A DNA stretch of 64,000 bases. Origin: Clostridia bacterium. GTDB lineage: Bacteria; Bacillota; Clostridia; Oscillospirales; CAG-272. Of this stretch, positions 18,965-28,547 are shown in pieces (positions within the stretch are counted from its first letter, which is position 1; the number at the start of each line of letters is the position of its first letter). Location: the NCBI GenBank assembly GCA_017467085.1, contig JAFTSW010000062.1, positions 4,669 to 68,668 of the forward strand. Direction: 5' to 3'. The notes beneath the pieces are model-generated. The model worked only from the letters and a program-made list of their open reading frames with translations, did not search any database and had not been told where the DNA came from. Position numbers and translations under genes: made by a program.

Positions 18965-18986
18965 GCCTTCGCCCCGGGGCGAAGGC
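18965..18986. repeat. Perfect 22-nt GC-rich palindrome between two cluster genes
   Basis: GCCTTCGCCCCGGGGCGAAGGC equals its own reverse complement. On the mRNA strand it lies between the GGAGG RBS and the ATG at 18956. Confidence 0.9.
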
Positions 18987-19001
18987 CTCCTTTTTGAATT
19001 T

Positions 19002-21932
19002 TTAGCGCCTGTGGTGTAGCTTGCCTGCCACTCCAAAGGAGTAGGAAAGCCCGTAAACACCAAAGGGAGAGCGAAACACCTCGCCAAAGATGGCAAGCTG
19101 CTTTTCGCACCAGCCCCGTTCCTTTTCCCTGATGGGAAGAGTAACGGCGGAATCCTCGGAGAAGGAAAAGGCGGAAAAGTCTGCCCCCTCAAAATCCGCC
19201 GCATCGGTGTGCGCGCGGTCAACGGGGTGCCAGGCGGCTCTGTCCGTGCGCGCTTCAACGCAAAGATGGGTAGGCGCCAGTACCTTCAAGCGAAGCGCCA
19301 CGGTGCCCGAGGCGGTATTTTTTCGCAGATTGGGAATACCGCCGTTGTCCTTGGCGGTGGCACAGCCAACGGGATATCGGTGGCCGTTAAAGGAGTAGAA
19401 GTAGGCGGGAATGCGTCCTGCCCGTCCCTCCTCCAATAGCGTAGCCAGGGTGTATACGTTGCCGTTTTGATAAACGGGATGCACCCCAACGGGGAGATAG
19501 ACCCCGTCCTTCTCCTCATAAAGGGGAAGGAAAAGCAAAGCACCTCGGCTTTGTATCTCGCCGCCCTCCCCTGCAAGAGAAAGGTAGCGTCCCTCCTTTT
19601 CGTAATACAGGGCAGAGGGAACGGTGCAATAGAGTGCCTCGCCTCGTTTGTCGGTGTTGAAGCAGCCAACGGCGCCGTTTTCGGTAGCAAAATAAAGGGC
19701 GTCTGCCCCCGCTACCAGAAAAACGGCAGGGGAAAGGGTACCGCCCGTCCGCTCTCCGTCGGTGTCGACTCCATAGCGCTTGCCGTCCTGCTCTACGTAG
19801 TATAGCAGCGCGCCGCTTTCTCCCACCAGGGAATAGACGGTGCCTTCTGCCTCCTCGCCGCCTCTTTCGTGTAAACAAATGTTTGCTTTTTCGGCGTCGG
19901 GCGGCAGCGCCTCGGCGTAGCGGTACAGGGGCGCATCTCCCACGAAATCTCCCACCCCCGTCAGATAGTAAAACTCGTATTGGGTGTCCCCTGCGGGGTG
20001 GCGGTAGCTCTCGCGGCTGTCTGCCAGGTACAGATTGCCTCTTGTCAGAATGAAAAGATATCCCTCGAACACCGCCATTTTGGCGGCGGCAAGGTCCTCG
20101 CGGCAAAGCCGTAGGTTTACCGAGGCAGAGCGCAGGGCAAGAGAGCGCTCTAAATTCACCGCCTGGCGCTCCACCGCCAAGAGCCCGTTACGGGTCAGAA
20201 AAACGGGGTCATCCCGAAAGTTGATGGCGCCGCCTACCGCACCGATGCCCGAGGCGCCCGATTTGGCAGGATAGATACGGGGGGCAAAGGCGTGGGCGGT
20301 GGACTCTGCCGTATGGTAGTACAGTCCCCCCTCCGAGGCGCCCTCCTCCTTGATGACCATCAGCATATCTCCCGTGCCTAAAAGGGCGCGGTTGGGGACG
20401 GAGGACAGCCCATCGTTAAAGTAGTTCAGGTTGCCGATGTAAAGGGGGTTATTGTAGCCCGTTTCATCGGGAGCGGAGAAAAAGACGGTGTTGGGTAAAC
20501 GGGGGTTGCCCGTAAAGAAAATGCGTCCGTCATACTGACCCACGGTGCGACAGCCCAAAACGGCGTCCCGACCCGACAGGGGCAGCCCCCCTTCGCCAAA
20601 CGCCTTGAAGCCCAAGGGCGTGGAAAAGCGGTCGGGGGAGGCGTCAAGACGGACGGTCACCGTCCGTCCCGATAAAACCGAGGCATCAGCCACCAGAATA
20701 CACACCGACTTGACCAAGCCGTCCTGCCATATAGGGGTGTAGGAGGCGTGTACCCCGTATACCAGCGAGCCGCCCTCCTTGATTTCCTCCTCCCCCAAAA
20801 GCACCTCGACAATGCCAAGGGCAGGGGTGTAAAGAGGACAAAGGAGCAGCTTCCGCTCACGGGGGGGCGGCGTTGCCTCTAAGCAGAGGGTTGCCTCCTT
20901 GGGGAAGGTGTCCTCGCCGTCGGTAAAGGTGATGTCCGCATACGCCGCGGCGTTGCCCGAAAAATAAACCGTCCGCAGGCTGTCAGCCCCCATAAACGCC
21001 TCCGCTCCAACGGTCAGAAGCCCCTCGTTCAGGGTCACGGAGGTGAGAAAGGGGCAAAAGGCAAAGGCATGATGCCAGATATAGAGAAGGGAGCTTGGCA
21101 GGGTTACCTCGGAAAGAGAGGCACAGCCCGCAAAGGCGTAGGCGCCAATCTCGGTTACCGTGTCGGGAAGGGAAACACCCACAAGGTTGGTAAAGCCCGT
21201 GAAGGCGCCCCCTGCCACGCCCGTGACGGTGTAGCGCGCCCCGTCAATCTCCGTCTCGGCGGGAATATGCAAAACGGTGGGGGCATTCATTGGGGCGCCT
21301 GCCTTGACGGCACAGCACCCGGGAAGGCTGGGCAGAGGGACAAAGACCAGGTCCGTATATTCCTCCGTTGCCTTTTCCTCTAAGGCGGCGGCGGTAGACG
21401 CCTCGCGGACCTCGTCGGTCAGAAGATTTCTTTGCTCGTAGTATTCGCCGTTGTAAAACACGATGGGGGCGTAGGGCAGGTCCCTTTCATCGGGTAGCCC
21501 CAGGCAGACGCCCTCCCCGTCTACCCGATACAGCGCCCCCTCCACCAGCAAATAGAAAAGCTCCCCCGACTGAAAGCCGCAGCCCTCCTTCTCGGGAAGG
21601 GCGGAAAAGATGGGGGCAAGGGAGGCAAGGGCGGCGGGCTGATGCCGCAGGGAGGTGGGAAAGCGAAAGAGCCTTTTGTCCGCGTGAACCAACAGATATT
21701 CTACCCCGCCTGCCCGTTGGGTATAAATGCCGTATATTTTGCTTCCGAAGGAGGCAAAAAGGCGATAGCCGGGGAACGCCTCCACGGCAGGGCCGTCATC
21801 GCTCTGCCAATCCTTCCACATGTTTTTCAGATTGGCAAAGCGGTCCAGCGAAAGAGAGGTATCGTCCACCGAGAAGTCCACCCCGCGAAAGCGAGAAAAG
21901 CTCCTGGTGTAAATGCTTGCGTCCGTTCTCAT
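19002..21932 (-). CDS. Large tail-like structural protein (976 aa) with an inserted BspA-type leucine-rich-repeat segment
   Basis: It overlaps the upstream gene by ATGA. Residues about 220-325 (nt 20958-21275) contain LRR units (TVTEIGAYAFAGCASLSEVTLPSSL..., LTSVTLNEGLLTVGAEAFMGADSLRTVYF). The remainder is beta-rich with recurring G.LY motifs. Confidence 0.55.
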   Translation of the reverse strand: MRTDASIYTRSFSRFRGVDFSVDDTSLSLDRFANLKNMWKDWQSDDGPAVEAFPGYRLFASFGSKIYGIYTQRAGGVEYLLVHADKRLFRFPTSLRHQPAALASLAPIFSALPEKEGCGFQSGELFYLLVEGALYRVDGEGVCLGLPDERDLPYAPIVFYNGEYYEQRNLLTDEVREASTAAALEEKATEEYTDLVFVPLPSLPGCCAVKAGAPMNAPTVLHIPAETEIDGARYTVTGVAGGAFTGFTNLVGVSLPDTVTEIGAYAFAGCASLSEVTLPSSLLYIWHHAFAFCPFLTSVTLNEGLLTVGAEAFMGADSLRTVYFSGNAAAYADITFTDGEDTFPKEATLCLEATPPPRERKLLLCPLYTPALGIVEVLLGEEEIKEGGSLVYGVHASYTPIWQDGLVKSVCILVADASVLSGRTVTVRLDASPDRFSTPLGFKAFGEGGLPLSGRDAVLGCRTVGQYDGRIFFTGNPRLPNTVFFSAPDETGYNNPLYIGNLNYFNDGLSSVPNRALLGTGDMLMVIKEEGASEGGLYYHTAESTAHAFAPRIYPAKSGASGIGAVGGAINFRDDPVFLTRNGLLAVERQAVNLERSLALRSASVNLRLCREDLAAAKMAVFEGYLFILTRGNLYLADSRESYRHPAGDTQYEFYYLTGVGDFVGDAPLYRYAEALPPDAEKANICLHERGGEEAEGTVYSLVGESGALLYYVEQDGKRYGVDTDGERTGGTLSPAVFLVAGADALYFATENGAVGCFNTDKRGEALYCTVPSALYYEKEGRYLSLAGEGGEIQSRGALLFLPLYEEKDGVYLPVGVHPVYQNGNVYTLATLLEEGRAGRIPAYFYSFNGHRYPVGCATAKDNGGIPNLRKNTASGTVALRLKVLAPTHLCVEARTDRAAWHPVDRAHTDAADFEGADFSAFSFSEDSAVTLPIREKERGWCEKQLAIFGEVFRSPFGVYGLSYSFGVAGKLHHRR

Positions 21933-22501
21933 ACGCTATCCCATCCGTTTCTGCTTTGGTAAGCGGCAAGGGTGTGCGCCAGGCGCTCCTTTTTCATCTC
22001 GGAAAGCTCGGAGCGAAAGAGCCCAAGATAATAGGAGGCAAGCTCCGCCCTGTCGTCTGCCCAGAGATAAGAGGCAACCAGAAGGGGGAGCAAATGCAGA
22101 GCCTCGGGGAGAATATCAAGCTCCTTGTCCATATTGTCGGCGTGCAGCTTTTTAGGGCGGCGCAGATAGCGGATTTCCAAAAGCCCCTCGTGCCCCCTGG
22201 CAAGACGGACGCGGCTCCCCTCTAACAGGAAGTCGCGCCCCTCCTGCAACAGGAGAGTGCCAAGGCGCAGAGGCTTTTCGGGAAAAGAACGGAAGTCGCC
22301 GCACAGGGCGCCGATATCGTACTCGGTGTAGTAGGAGGCGCCGTCCTTGTGGTGTAGCGTAACGGTTTCTATCAAGGGAAAATGACGGGAGATTTGCAAA
22401 AGAGAAAGGCTGGTGATTTGATAAAAATAGGGCTCGTTTTCGTCAAGGCTTCGGGAGAAGCCCATACGGGCGACCAAGCTCATCAGTTCTTTTCCTGTCA
22501 T
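21929..22501 (-). CDS. Putative head-tail adaptor/connector protein
   Basis: 190 aa lying immediately after the capsid gene. The LLPLLVASYLWADD-type segment recalls gp6-like connectors. The call is mainly positional. Confidence 0.4.
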   Translation of the reverse strand: MTGKELMSLVARMGFSRSLDENEPYFYQITSLSLLQISRHFPLIETVTLHHKDGASYYTEYDIGALCGDFRSFPEKPLRLGTLLLQEGRDFLLEGSRVRLARGHEGLLEIRYLRRPKKLHADNMDKELDILPEALHLLPLLVASYLWADDRAELASYYLGLFRSELSEMKKERLAHTLAAYQSRNGWDSV

Positions 22502-22514
22502 AGCGGCTCCTTTT

Positions 22515-23564
22515 TTACAGCGCGGTGCTGTTTTCTACCTCGGTAGCAGAATCCACTGCCAGCAGAATGTGCTTGTAGGAGCCGAAGCCGACGCCAAAGC
22601 GGCATCTGCCGTTCCAGATGTAGTTGCCCGTGTGGTTGTCCACCCAGTTGGAAACGGTCAGCGGCACACGGTTGAAGAACATATTGCCGCAAAGATTCTT
22701 GTTTGCCTCGGAGGACATAATCATCAAGCGGTCATCCTCGGTCTGCCAGTCGGGCATTACCACGATATTCCAGTTGCCGTACTGCAGGTTGATATCGTTG
22801 TAGCCGTTGCCCAGCGCTCCCTCGGAGCCGCAAACCTTCTTGGCGATTGCCTCGGCGGCAGGGCGGTTGCCGGGGAGAATGATGGTGTCGGCGGTGTAGC
22901 CCAGAATTTCACCGTTCTCGTCCTTCATATTACGGAGCTTGGAGGCAAGCTCGTTCAGCGCCTTCTCAAAGGCGGCGGTGGAATATTCCTCCCCCGACTT
23001 GAAGATGCTGCCGTAGAAGTAGTTGCTCTGCTCACCCGTGTTCTCGCCGCCGCCCCACTTGTGCGCGGTGTGGAACAGGGGCAGACCGTCAGGCGCGGTC
23101 AAATCCAAGGACGCGCGGGCAAATACACCCGACTCCTTGGTGCCGTTGGCAAGGGCGTACTCGCAAATCTTGTGCATCGTCTTGTAGTAGGCACGGGTGA
23201 AGTTCTCCGCACGGCGCTTGGCGTCTGCGGCAACGCCGTAGTTGGCGTCCTCCATCATCTGGGCGGTGATGGTAAACTCCTTCATAAACTGAATATGCTC
23301 GATGAACTTGCGATAGGTTTCGCGGATTTCATCGTTTTCGGCGCCTGCGCCCTCCTCGGTAGCGGCAAAAACGCCAAATTCGTTCTGTCCAACCACCGTT
23401 TCACCGAAGCGGGAGGAGCGCTCCACGTTAAAGAGCCAGTCACAAATGCCGCCCCGCTTGGTTTGCAGGTCGCTTTCGTGCTCGATAATCATTTTTAAGG
23501 GCGTTTCCAGCTTTCCGATGGCGGCGTTGTTCAGACCGCTGTTTTCAGAATAAATAATCGACAT
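22515..23564 (-). CDS. Putative major capsid protein
   Basis: 349 aa. Its position after the scaffold-like gene and its size fit a major capsid protein. The sequence pattern (E..Y.KFIEHIQFMKEFTIT.QMMED) recalls phage major head proteins. No HMM search was run. Confidence 0.55.
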   Translation of the reverse strand: MSIIYSENSGLNNAAIGKLETPLKMIIEHESDLQTKRGGICDWLFNVERSSRFGETVVGQNEFGVFAATEEGAGAENDEIRETYRKFIEHIQFMKEFTITAQMMEDANYGVAADAKRRAENFTRAYYKTMHKICEYALANGTKESGVFARASLDLTAPDGLPLFHTAHKWGGGENTGEQSNYFYGSIFKSGEEYSTAAFEKALNELASKLRNMKDENGEILGYTADTIILPGNRPAAEAIAKKVCGSEGALGNGYNDINLQYGNWNIVVMPDWQTEDDRLMIMSSEANKNLCGNMFFNRVPLTVSNWVDNHTGNYIWNGRCRFGVGFGSYKHILLAVDSATEVENSTAL

Positions 23565-23591
23565 AGTTGATTTCCTTTCGTTTTTAAGAAA

Positions 23592-24005
23592 TTATACGCG
23601 GGGAAAATGGACAAGCACGGGCTCGCCTTTCTTGCTTGCGCCGCATTTGTCCAACAGAATGACGCCACGGTGAGAGGCGGATGCCCTCGTGGCAGAGAGC
23701 TGCGTGCCGTCGGGCGACAGAAGGTACTCGCCGCCCTCCGTCATATCCTCGCACCCCTCGGCAAGAGGAATGGAGAAAACCATATCCTCGCTAACGGGAA
23801 AGAGAAGCGGAGAGAGGGTGGCAGGCTCCGTTGCCTTGGCAATATGGGTGGGCAGAAGGGAGGAGGTGGCGGTGAAGGGCAAAAGCACCTTGTCCTTGTA
23901 GATGTACGCCATTCCCGCCTCTACCGCCGTTGCCTCGGAGAGAGGCAGACGCTGGGGCTCGGGGACGTTGACGCCCCGTCCGATGATTTTGCGTAAGGTC
24001 AGCAT
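23592..24005 (-). CDS. Hypothetical head-module protein (decoration- or assembly-type by position)
   Basis: 137 aa with RBS AAAGGA, located between the scaffold-like and capsid genes. Confidence 0.4.
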   Translation of the reverse strand: MLTLRKIIGRGVNVPEPQRLPLSEATAVEAGMAYIYKDKVLLPFTATSSLLPTHIAKATEPATLSPLLFPVSEDMVFSIPLAEGCEDMTEGGEYLLSPDGTQLSATRASASHRGVILLDKCGASKKGEPVLVHFPRV

Positions 24006-24026
24006 AAAAAATCCTTTCGTTCATGG

Positions 24027-24533
24027 TTAAGTCGACTTGACACGGCGGTAAAGACGCTGAATCTCTCCGTCGCTCAAATCCGAAAAAAGCTCCTTGGCGC
24101 GGCGCATTTCCTCGCCCGACAAAGCGCCGCGGGGAGAGGCGGCGCCCCTGTCCATGCTGGGGCGCAGGTGCGCCTTTCCGTTTTCTCTCGGAAAACGGGG
24201 ATTGGAGGCGGCAAGTGCCTCTGCCACGGAAAGCCCTAAGTCACGCAGGGCGGCAAACCGACGGGCAGAGGGCAGCTGGCTCAGATGGGAAAGGGAACGG
24301 TAGGCAGGGTCAAGGCGCTTGATTTCCTCTAAGTCCTCCTCAGCCTGTCGGGCGTAGTCCCGTTCCTCGGCGGGTGCCTCGGGCTCCTCGGGCGCCTCGG
24401 GAAGCGCCGCTTCCTCGATGGGCGTTTCCTCCTTTCGAGGAGCCGCTTCCACGCTGTCTATTGCCTTGTCGGTGGGCGCCTCTACGGGCGAGGAGAGGGC
24501 GTCCGTTTCCTGTACAGTGGTTTCTTGTTCCAT
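24027..24533 (-). CDS. Putative scaffolding protein
   Basis: 168 aa. The N-terminus is acidic and Pro/Glu/Ala-rich and the C-terminus is helical. It lies between the portal and capsid genes, and no prohead protease is present. Confidence 0.5.
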   Translation of the reverse strand: MEQETTVQETDALSSPVEAPTDKAIDSVEAAPRKEETPIEEAALPEAPEEPEAPAEERDYARQAEEDLEEIKRLDPAYRSLSHLSQLPSARRFAALRDLGLSVAEALAASNPRFPRENGKAHLRPSMDRGAASPRGALSGEEMRRAKELFSDLSDGEIQRLYRRVKST

Positions 24534-24554
24534 GGTTTTTCCTTTCCTTTCGGC

Positions 24555-24698
24555 TTACTTGCTCTTTCTGCCTGCTCTCAGGTCCTCGCCCTTATGCACG
24601 GTACCCTTGGGCTCGTTTTCGGGCTTGCGGGGCGCGGCAATGGGAGCGATGCTGTTGGTGGCATAGGGATTAGAGGGCGTGTTTTGCTTTTTCATCAT
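24555..24698 (-). CDS. Possible small basic protein (47 aa). Not in the ORF track.
   Basis: My own translation is MMKKQNTPSNPYATNSIAPIAAPRKPENEPKGTVHKGEDLRAGRKSK, with RBS GAAAGGA. It fills an otherwise empty 180-nt gap. Confidence 0.35.
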   Translation of the reverse strand: MMKKQNTPSNPYATNSIAPIAAPRKPENEPKGTVHKGEDLRAGRKSK

Positions 24699-24713
24699 TG
24701 AAATCCTTTCGTA

Positions 24714-25418
24714 TTAAAAATAATCGTTTGGGTCAAAGGTGGCGTTGATAACGGCGGCGGTGGCACGGGCAATTTCCTCGGCAACCGCAGGGGATAAACC
24801 GTAGGAAATGGCGTATTCATAGGCGTCCTGGTAGGATAAGTATTTCCGCAAGGCGGTTTCCAGCACCTCGCGCTTGACGGTGGAGGAGTTCTTCACCATC
24901 GATACGCTCAGCGAGGCTAAGCGCCTTGCCGTTTCGCTGTCCAGCCCGTTTTCGCCCAAAAAGGCGAAGGCGCTTTCCTCGTCCTCCACGTTCTGGGACA
25001 AAAGACGGAGAAAAAGACTGCTTCTTTTTTCCGTTTCTGCCTGTGCCGCCTTCTTGGCGTTTTCCGTTTCACCGTCTAAGTAAGCGGTGTAGGCGCTTTT
25101 GTTCTTCGCCTCCCCCTCTGCCATAGCGGCACGGGCGCGGTCAACCGATTTTTGTCGCTCGGCGTAGGCAACGCCGTCTAAATATTCGCCGTAGCCGCTT
25201 CCCGTCAGACCGCGGGAAAGCAATGCGGAGGCGCGCGTGCCGTAGGTAGACTTAGCGGCAGCCATCGTGGTGTCTGCGGATCGCACGGCGTCCTTATACG
25301 CCGCCTCGGTGTCCTGTCCGTACTTGGAAAGCCAGCTCTCGTAGTCCTCGATTTTCTTGTTTTCCAGATACTGTTTGATAAAATCCTCAAGCGTTGGCAT
25401 AGGGTAGCTCTTCTTCAC
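24714..25418 (-). CDS. Hypothetical head-module protein following the portal gene
   Basis: 234 aa, Ala/Glu/Lys-rich and helical. An alternative start exists at 25400. It overlaps the portal 3' end. Confidence 0.45.
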   Translation of the reverse strand: MKKSYPMPTLEDFIKQYLENKKIEDYESWLSKYGQDTEAAYKDAVRSADTTMAAAKSTYGTRASALLSRGLTGSGYGEYLDGVAYAERQKSVDRARAAMAEGEAKNKSAYTAYLDGETENAKKAAQAETEKRSSLFLRLLSQNVEDEESAFAFLGENGLDSETARRLASLSVSMVKNSSTVKREVLETALRKYLSYQDAYEYAISYGLSPAVAEEIARATAAVINATFDPNDYF

Positions 25419-27183
25419 TCCTTTCGGGGGCTATGGGGGGTGTGGGCGTTTCCCTTTCCGTGATGGCGCGGAAATATTCCACGTTCTCTCTGGCGTAGGG
25501 GTAATGGGCGCGCTCCTGGCATTGCCAGTAGTGCAAAAGGGTGGCAGGGTCCCCGGGGTCCCCCAGCGTGCCTGCCTGCAGGTTCTCTAAATTCTTCTGC
25601 CAAAGGGCATCTCTTTGCTGCTCCAAGGCGCCGTTCTGGTCCACCGAGAACAAAAAGCCGTCGTCATAGGTATACCGACCGCTTTCCTCATCGTAGAGAA
25701 GGAAATCGTAGCGGTTGAAGGCGGTGTGATGGGGCTTGCCAAAGGCGTCACGGTAGGAAAGGGGACGGGGCTCGTCTGCGTAGGCTAAGAAAAATTCAAA
25801 GAGGATGCGGTCTAAATCCGCATACGCCGCCTGCTTCATCTTGCGCTTGGAGTCCAAGCGCCCTGCCGCCTGCTGCACCTGGATTTGCTTGGCGTAGCCC
25901 GATTGCGCGGTGGAGTCCGACATACCGAGATAGGAGTCGGTGATGCCGATAATGCGCTTGGCGTGCTGATAGAGGCGCTCGGATTGCTCAATGTCCTGGG
26001 CGATAGCGGGGGTGGTGTCCAAAACGCCGTAGCGCTCCCGCTCGTCCCCCGTGCGCAGCTTGATGACCTGACCGAAGATGGAGTTGTCTAAGGTCAGCTC
26101 CGCATCGTCGGGCAAAATCGGGGTGATGCCCGAGCGCATCAGCTTTTGCAGAATGCGGCTTTCGATTTTGTTGATTTGCTGCTGCTGTGGGCGAATAAAC
26201 TCGCAGTCCGATTGCCCGAAAAGGGATTTTTCCTCCGAGGTGTTCTTGCGGATGACGATGGGAAAGCGGCGGGGTCTGTAATAGGGCAGACGGGTGGGCG
26301 AAAGCTGCTCACCGCATTCTCCGTTTTGCACCGTGGGCGAGTAGGCAGGAATGACTCTTCCGTCGGAAAGAAGGATATCCTCCGACAGCATTTCCTCCTC
26401 CTCGTTTGCCCAGTAGAGGGAGGGCGCCTCGCAGGTGCAAAGCAGCCGTTTTTTCTCACAGCGCCGACATTTTTGGGTCTTGCGCGCGTAATAGTCCTCC
26501 AAATCCGACAGCACCGTGTCGCCGCTATACACGAATTGAGAGATGTACCCGTCATCGTTGCGCCAGAAGCAGACCACCATCTCCAGAACGTCCTCGTCAT
26601 CTCCGTCAGAGGACAGACCTGCCGCCTCCTCCTCGTCCAAGGAGAAGCGGCGGATGATGGCGTTCTTGGTGGTGTCAAAGCGCAAAAAGCAGTATTCCAT
26701 ATCCTCAATATCGTACACCTCTGCCTCGGGGACGAAGTCCATCGGGTTGAGGCAGCTGACGCGCACCCCACCCGTGACACCGCGGTAAAGAAGGGAGTTA
26801 TCCCATTCCACAAGCCAGACGCTTCCGCCGTAAATATAGGTGTAGCGCTCGTCCAAATCGTTGAGCTTTTCAAAGGGAAGCTCGTTGCGAAGCTGTAAGC
26901 AAAGGCGCTCGATGGCCTTGGCGTTTCGGTCGTTCTGCTCGGTGTAGTGCTTCGCCTCGGCGCAGGGGGCGGGAATCTGGGTGGACACCTGGGACTCTAT
27001 CAGCTCATAGGTGATGTTTCGTACCACGGACGCCGCCTCAGCAGAGCCGTCGATTTCCTTGGCGCCCTTGTACTGGGCAAGATGCCGTTCCAATCGCAGG
27101 AAAAGGGCCGCCTGCTTGTCGCGGTTTTTTCGGTACAGCTCCTTAAAAAAGGAGAGCCTGTCCGCAACGTGGGAAAGATTCAT
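25387..27183 (-). CDS. Putative portal protein
   Basis: 598 aa from the ATG at 27183, which overlaps the terL stop as ATGA. The longer ORF-track N-terminus is an Arg/Pro-rich artefact lying inside terL. Size and position after terL fit a portal. Confidence 0.65.
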   Translation of the reverse strand: MNLSHVADRLSFFKELYRKNRDKQAALFLRLERHLAQYKGAKEIDGSAEAASVVRNITYELIESQVSTQIPAPCAEAKHYTEQNDRNAKAIERLCLQLRNELPFEKLNDLDERYTYIYGGSVWLVEWDNSLLYRGVTGGVRVSCLNPMDFVPEAEVYDIEDMEYCFLRFDTTKNAIIRRFSLDEEEAAGLSSDGDDEDVLEMVVCFWRNDDGYISQFVYSGDTVLSDLEDYYARKTQKCRRCEKKRLLCTCEAPSLYWANEEEEMLSEDILLSDGRVIPAYSPTVQNGECGEQLSPTRLPYYRPRRFPIVIRKNTSEEKSLFGQSDCEFIRPQQQQINKIESRILQKLMRSGITPILPDDAELTLDNSIFGQVIKLRTGDERERYGVLDTTPAIAQDIEQSERLYQHAKRIIGITDSYLGMSDSTAQSGYAKQIQVQQAAGRLDSKRKMKQAAYADLDRILFEFFLAYADEPRPLSYRDAFGKPHHTAFNRYDFLLYDEESGRYTYDDGFLFSVDQNGALEQQRDALWQKNLENLQAGTLGDPGDPATLLHYWQCQERAHYPYARENVEYFRAITERETPTPPIAPERSEEELPYANA

Positions 27184-28547
27184 AGTGGTTCTCCATATTT
27201 CTGTTTTAGGTATCGCTTTTGCTCGTCGGAGGCGTGGCGGTAATCCTCCCACAAGTCCTTGTGCCAGACCCGACGCTCCACGGCGCGCTCCTCTCTTGCG
27301 GCGTGGGTGAAGGTAATGGCGAAGCCCCGCAGGGCGTCGGGTGCGTGTGTGATGGCGTGGGGCTCGGTCAACACGTCTGTGGGGGCGTCGGGGTTGATTT
27401 GGAGCATAGGCAGACAGCGACAAAGCTCTCGGCATTGTCGGAAGATGCGAAGGCGCGGTGTTCCGTCCTCACGAATTTTAAGCAATTCCTTCACGGCAAG
27501 CCAACCGGCCTCGCGGTTGTTGCCCGAACGGGTGAAGCTAACACCGTTCTCCGCAAATAAAATCGCCTTGCTCTTTCCCGTTTCCTGGGAGCGGCTCCAT
27601 AAATCGGGGGGCGCTAAGGTGGCGTAGATTTTGTCCTCGCCGTTGCGCCGCCCGATGGCGGCCGCCGCCTCGGAAATAATCAGATTGGACTCGCAAAGCT
27701 CCTTGTAAACGTATACGTCCTCATTGGGCGCAATGGCAATCCAAAGGCAGGCTAAGCGGTCAAGCCCGTAGTCAACCGTGCGGTAGCGCCGCCAGTCGGG
27801 TGGAATGACAAAGGGGTCCACCACGTGCAGCGCCTCGGAAAATTCGGGAAAATACTGTCCCTCGAAAATGTTCCAATCCCCGTATAAGAGCGCCTTTCTC
27901 TGGCTTTCGGGCAGCTCCAAAAGGCGCTTCTTGTAATCGGGGTCCCCCTCTGTTAAAAAGAGGTTATCGTCTATAAAGGAGGGGAGAAAAATGCGGCTTC
28001 CGCCGCCCTCGCAAAAGACGGTGTTGGGGGGAGATGGGTCAATAAAGCGCTCCTTCACCCAGGCGTGACCGATGCCGCCGGGGTTGGTGGAGGACTTTAC
28101 CTGCTTGGGATAGCCGTTTGCGCCGCGCAAACGGGAAATGAGGTACAGGTACTGAAATTCGGTGAAATGGGTCAGCTCGTCAAAGCGTATCACGTCATAT
28201 TCTGCGGATTGGTACTGAAAAACGTCGTTCTCGACGGCACAGTAGCCAAAATCAATGACACTGCCATTCTTGAATTTCCCCGTGTGTGAGGAAGAATTAT
28301 AACGGTAGATATCCCGTGGGAAAAGACCCAAGGATACACGGATAAGGGACTTTTCCAGCTCCGCATAGGTGCGGCGTAGAATCAGCTGCTTGGAGGCAGG
28401 ATAGCGCAAGGCGTATACCAAGGCATCCACCAGCTGACCGTAGGATTTTCCGCCGCCTGCCGCTCCGCCAAACAGAACCTCTGTCGCGTCGGCGGTAAGA
28501 AAATCGTACTGGCGTCTTGTAACCGAAAGAGAAAGACTCGCCTCCAT
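27180..28547 (-). CDS. terL: Terminase large subunit
   Basis: 455 aa with Walker A GGAAGGGKSY, a Walker B-like VIRFDELTHF, and a C-terminal nuclease-type region. Confidence 0.8.
   Translation of the reverse strand: MEASLSLSVTRRQYDFLTADATEVLFGGAAGGGKSYGQLVDALVYALRYPASKQLILRRTYAELEKSLIRVSLGLFPRDIYRYNSSSHTGKFKNGSVIDFGYCAVENDVFQYQSAEYDVIRFDELTHFTEFQYLYLISRLRGANGYPKQVKSSTNPGGIGHAWVKERFIDPSPPNTVFCEGGGSRIFLPSFIDDNLFLTEGDPDYKKRLLELPESQRKALLYGDWNIFEGQYFPEFSEALHVVDPFVIPPDWRRYRTVDYGLDRLACLWIAIAPNEDVYVYKELCESNLIISEAAAAIGRRNGEDKIYATLAPPDLWSRSQETGKSKAILFAENGVSFTRSGNNREAGWLAVKELLKIREDGTPRLRIFRQCRELCRCLPMLQINPDAPTDVLTEPHAITHAPDALRGFAITFTHAAREERAVERRVWHKDLWEDYRHASDEQKRYLKQKYGEPL

Noticed and set aside
25387-27435. 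682-aa version of the portal ORF, and similar N-terminal extensions in the ORF track (1979, 4011, 8240, 9485, 41918, 51318, 55058, 55421, 56857, 59812)
   Set aside because: The extensions overlap the upstream gene or an intergenic promoter, are Arg/Pro-rich or otherwise implausible, and lack an RBS. Internal ATGs with good Shine-Dalgarno spacing were chosen instead.
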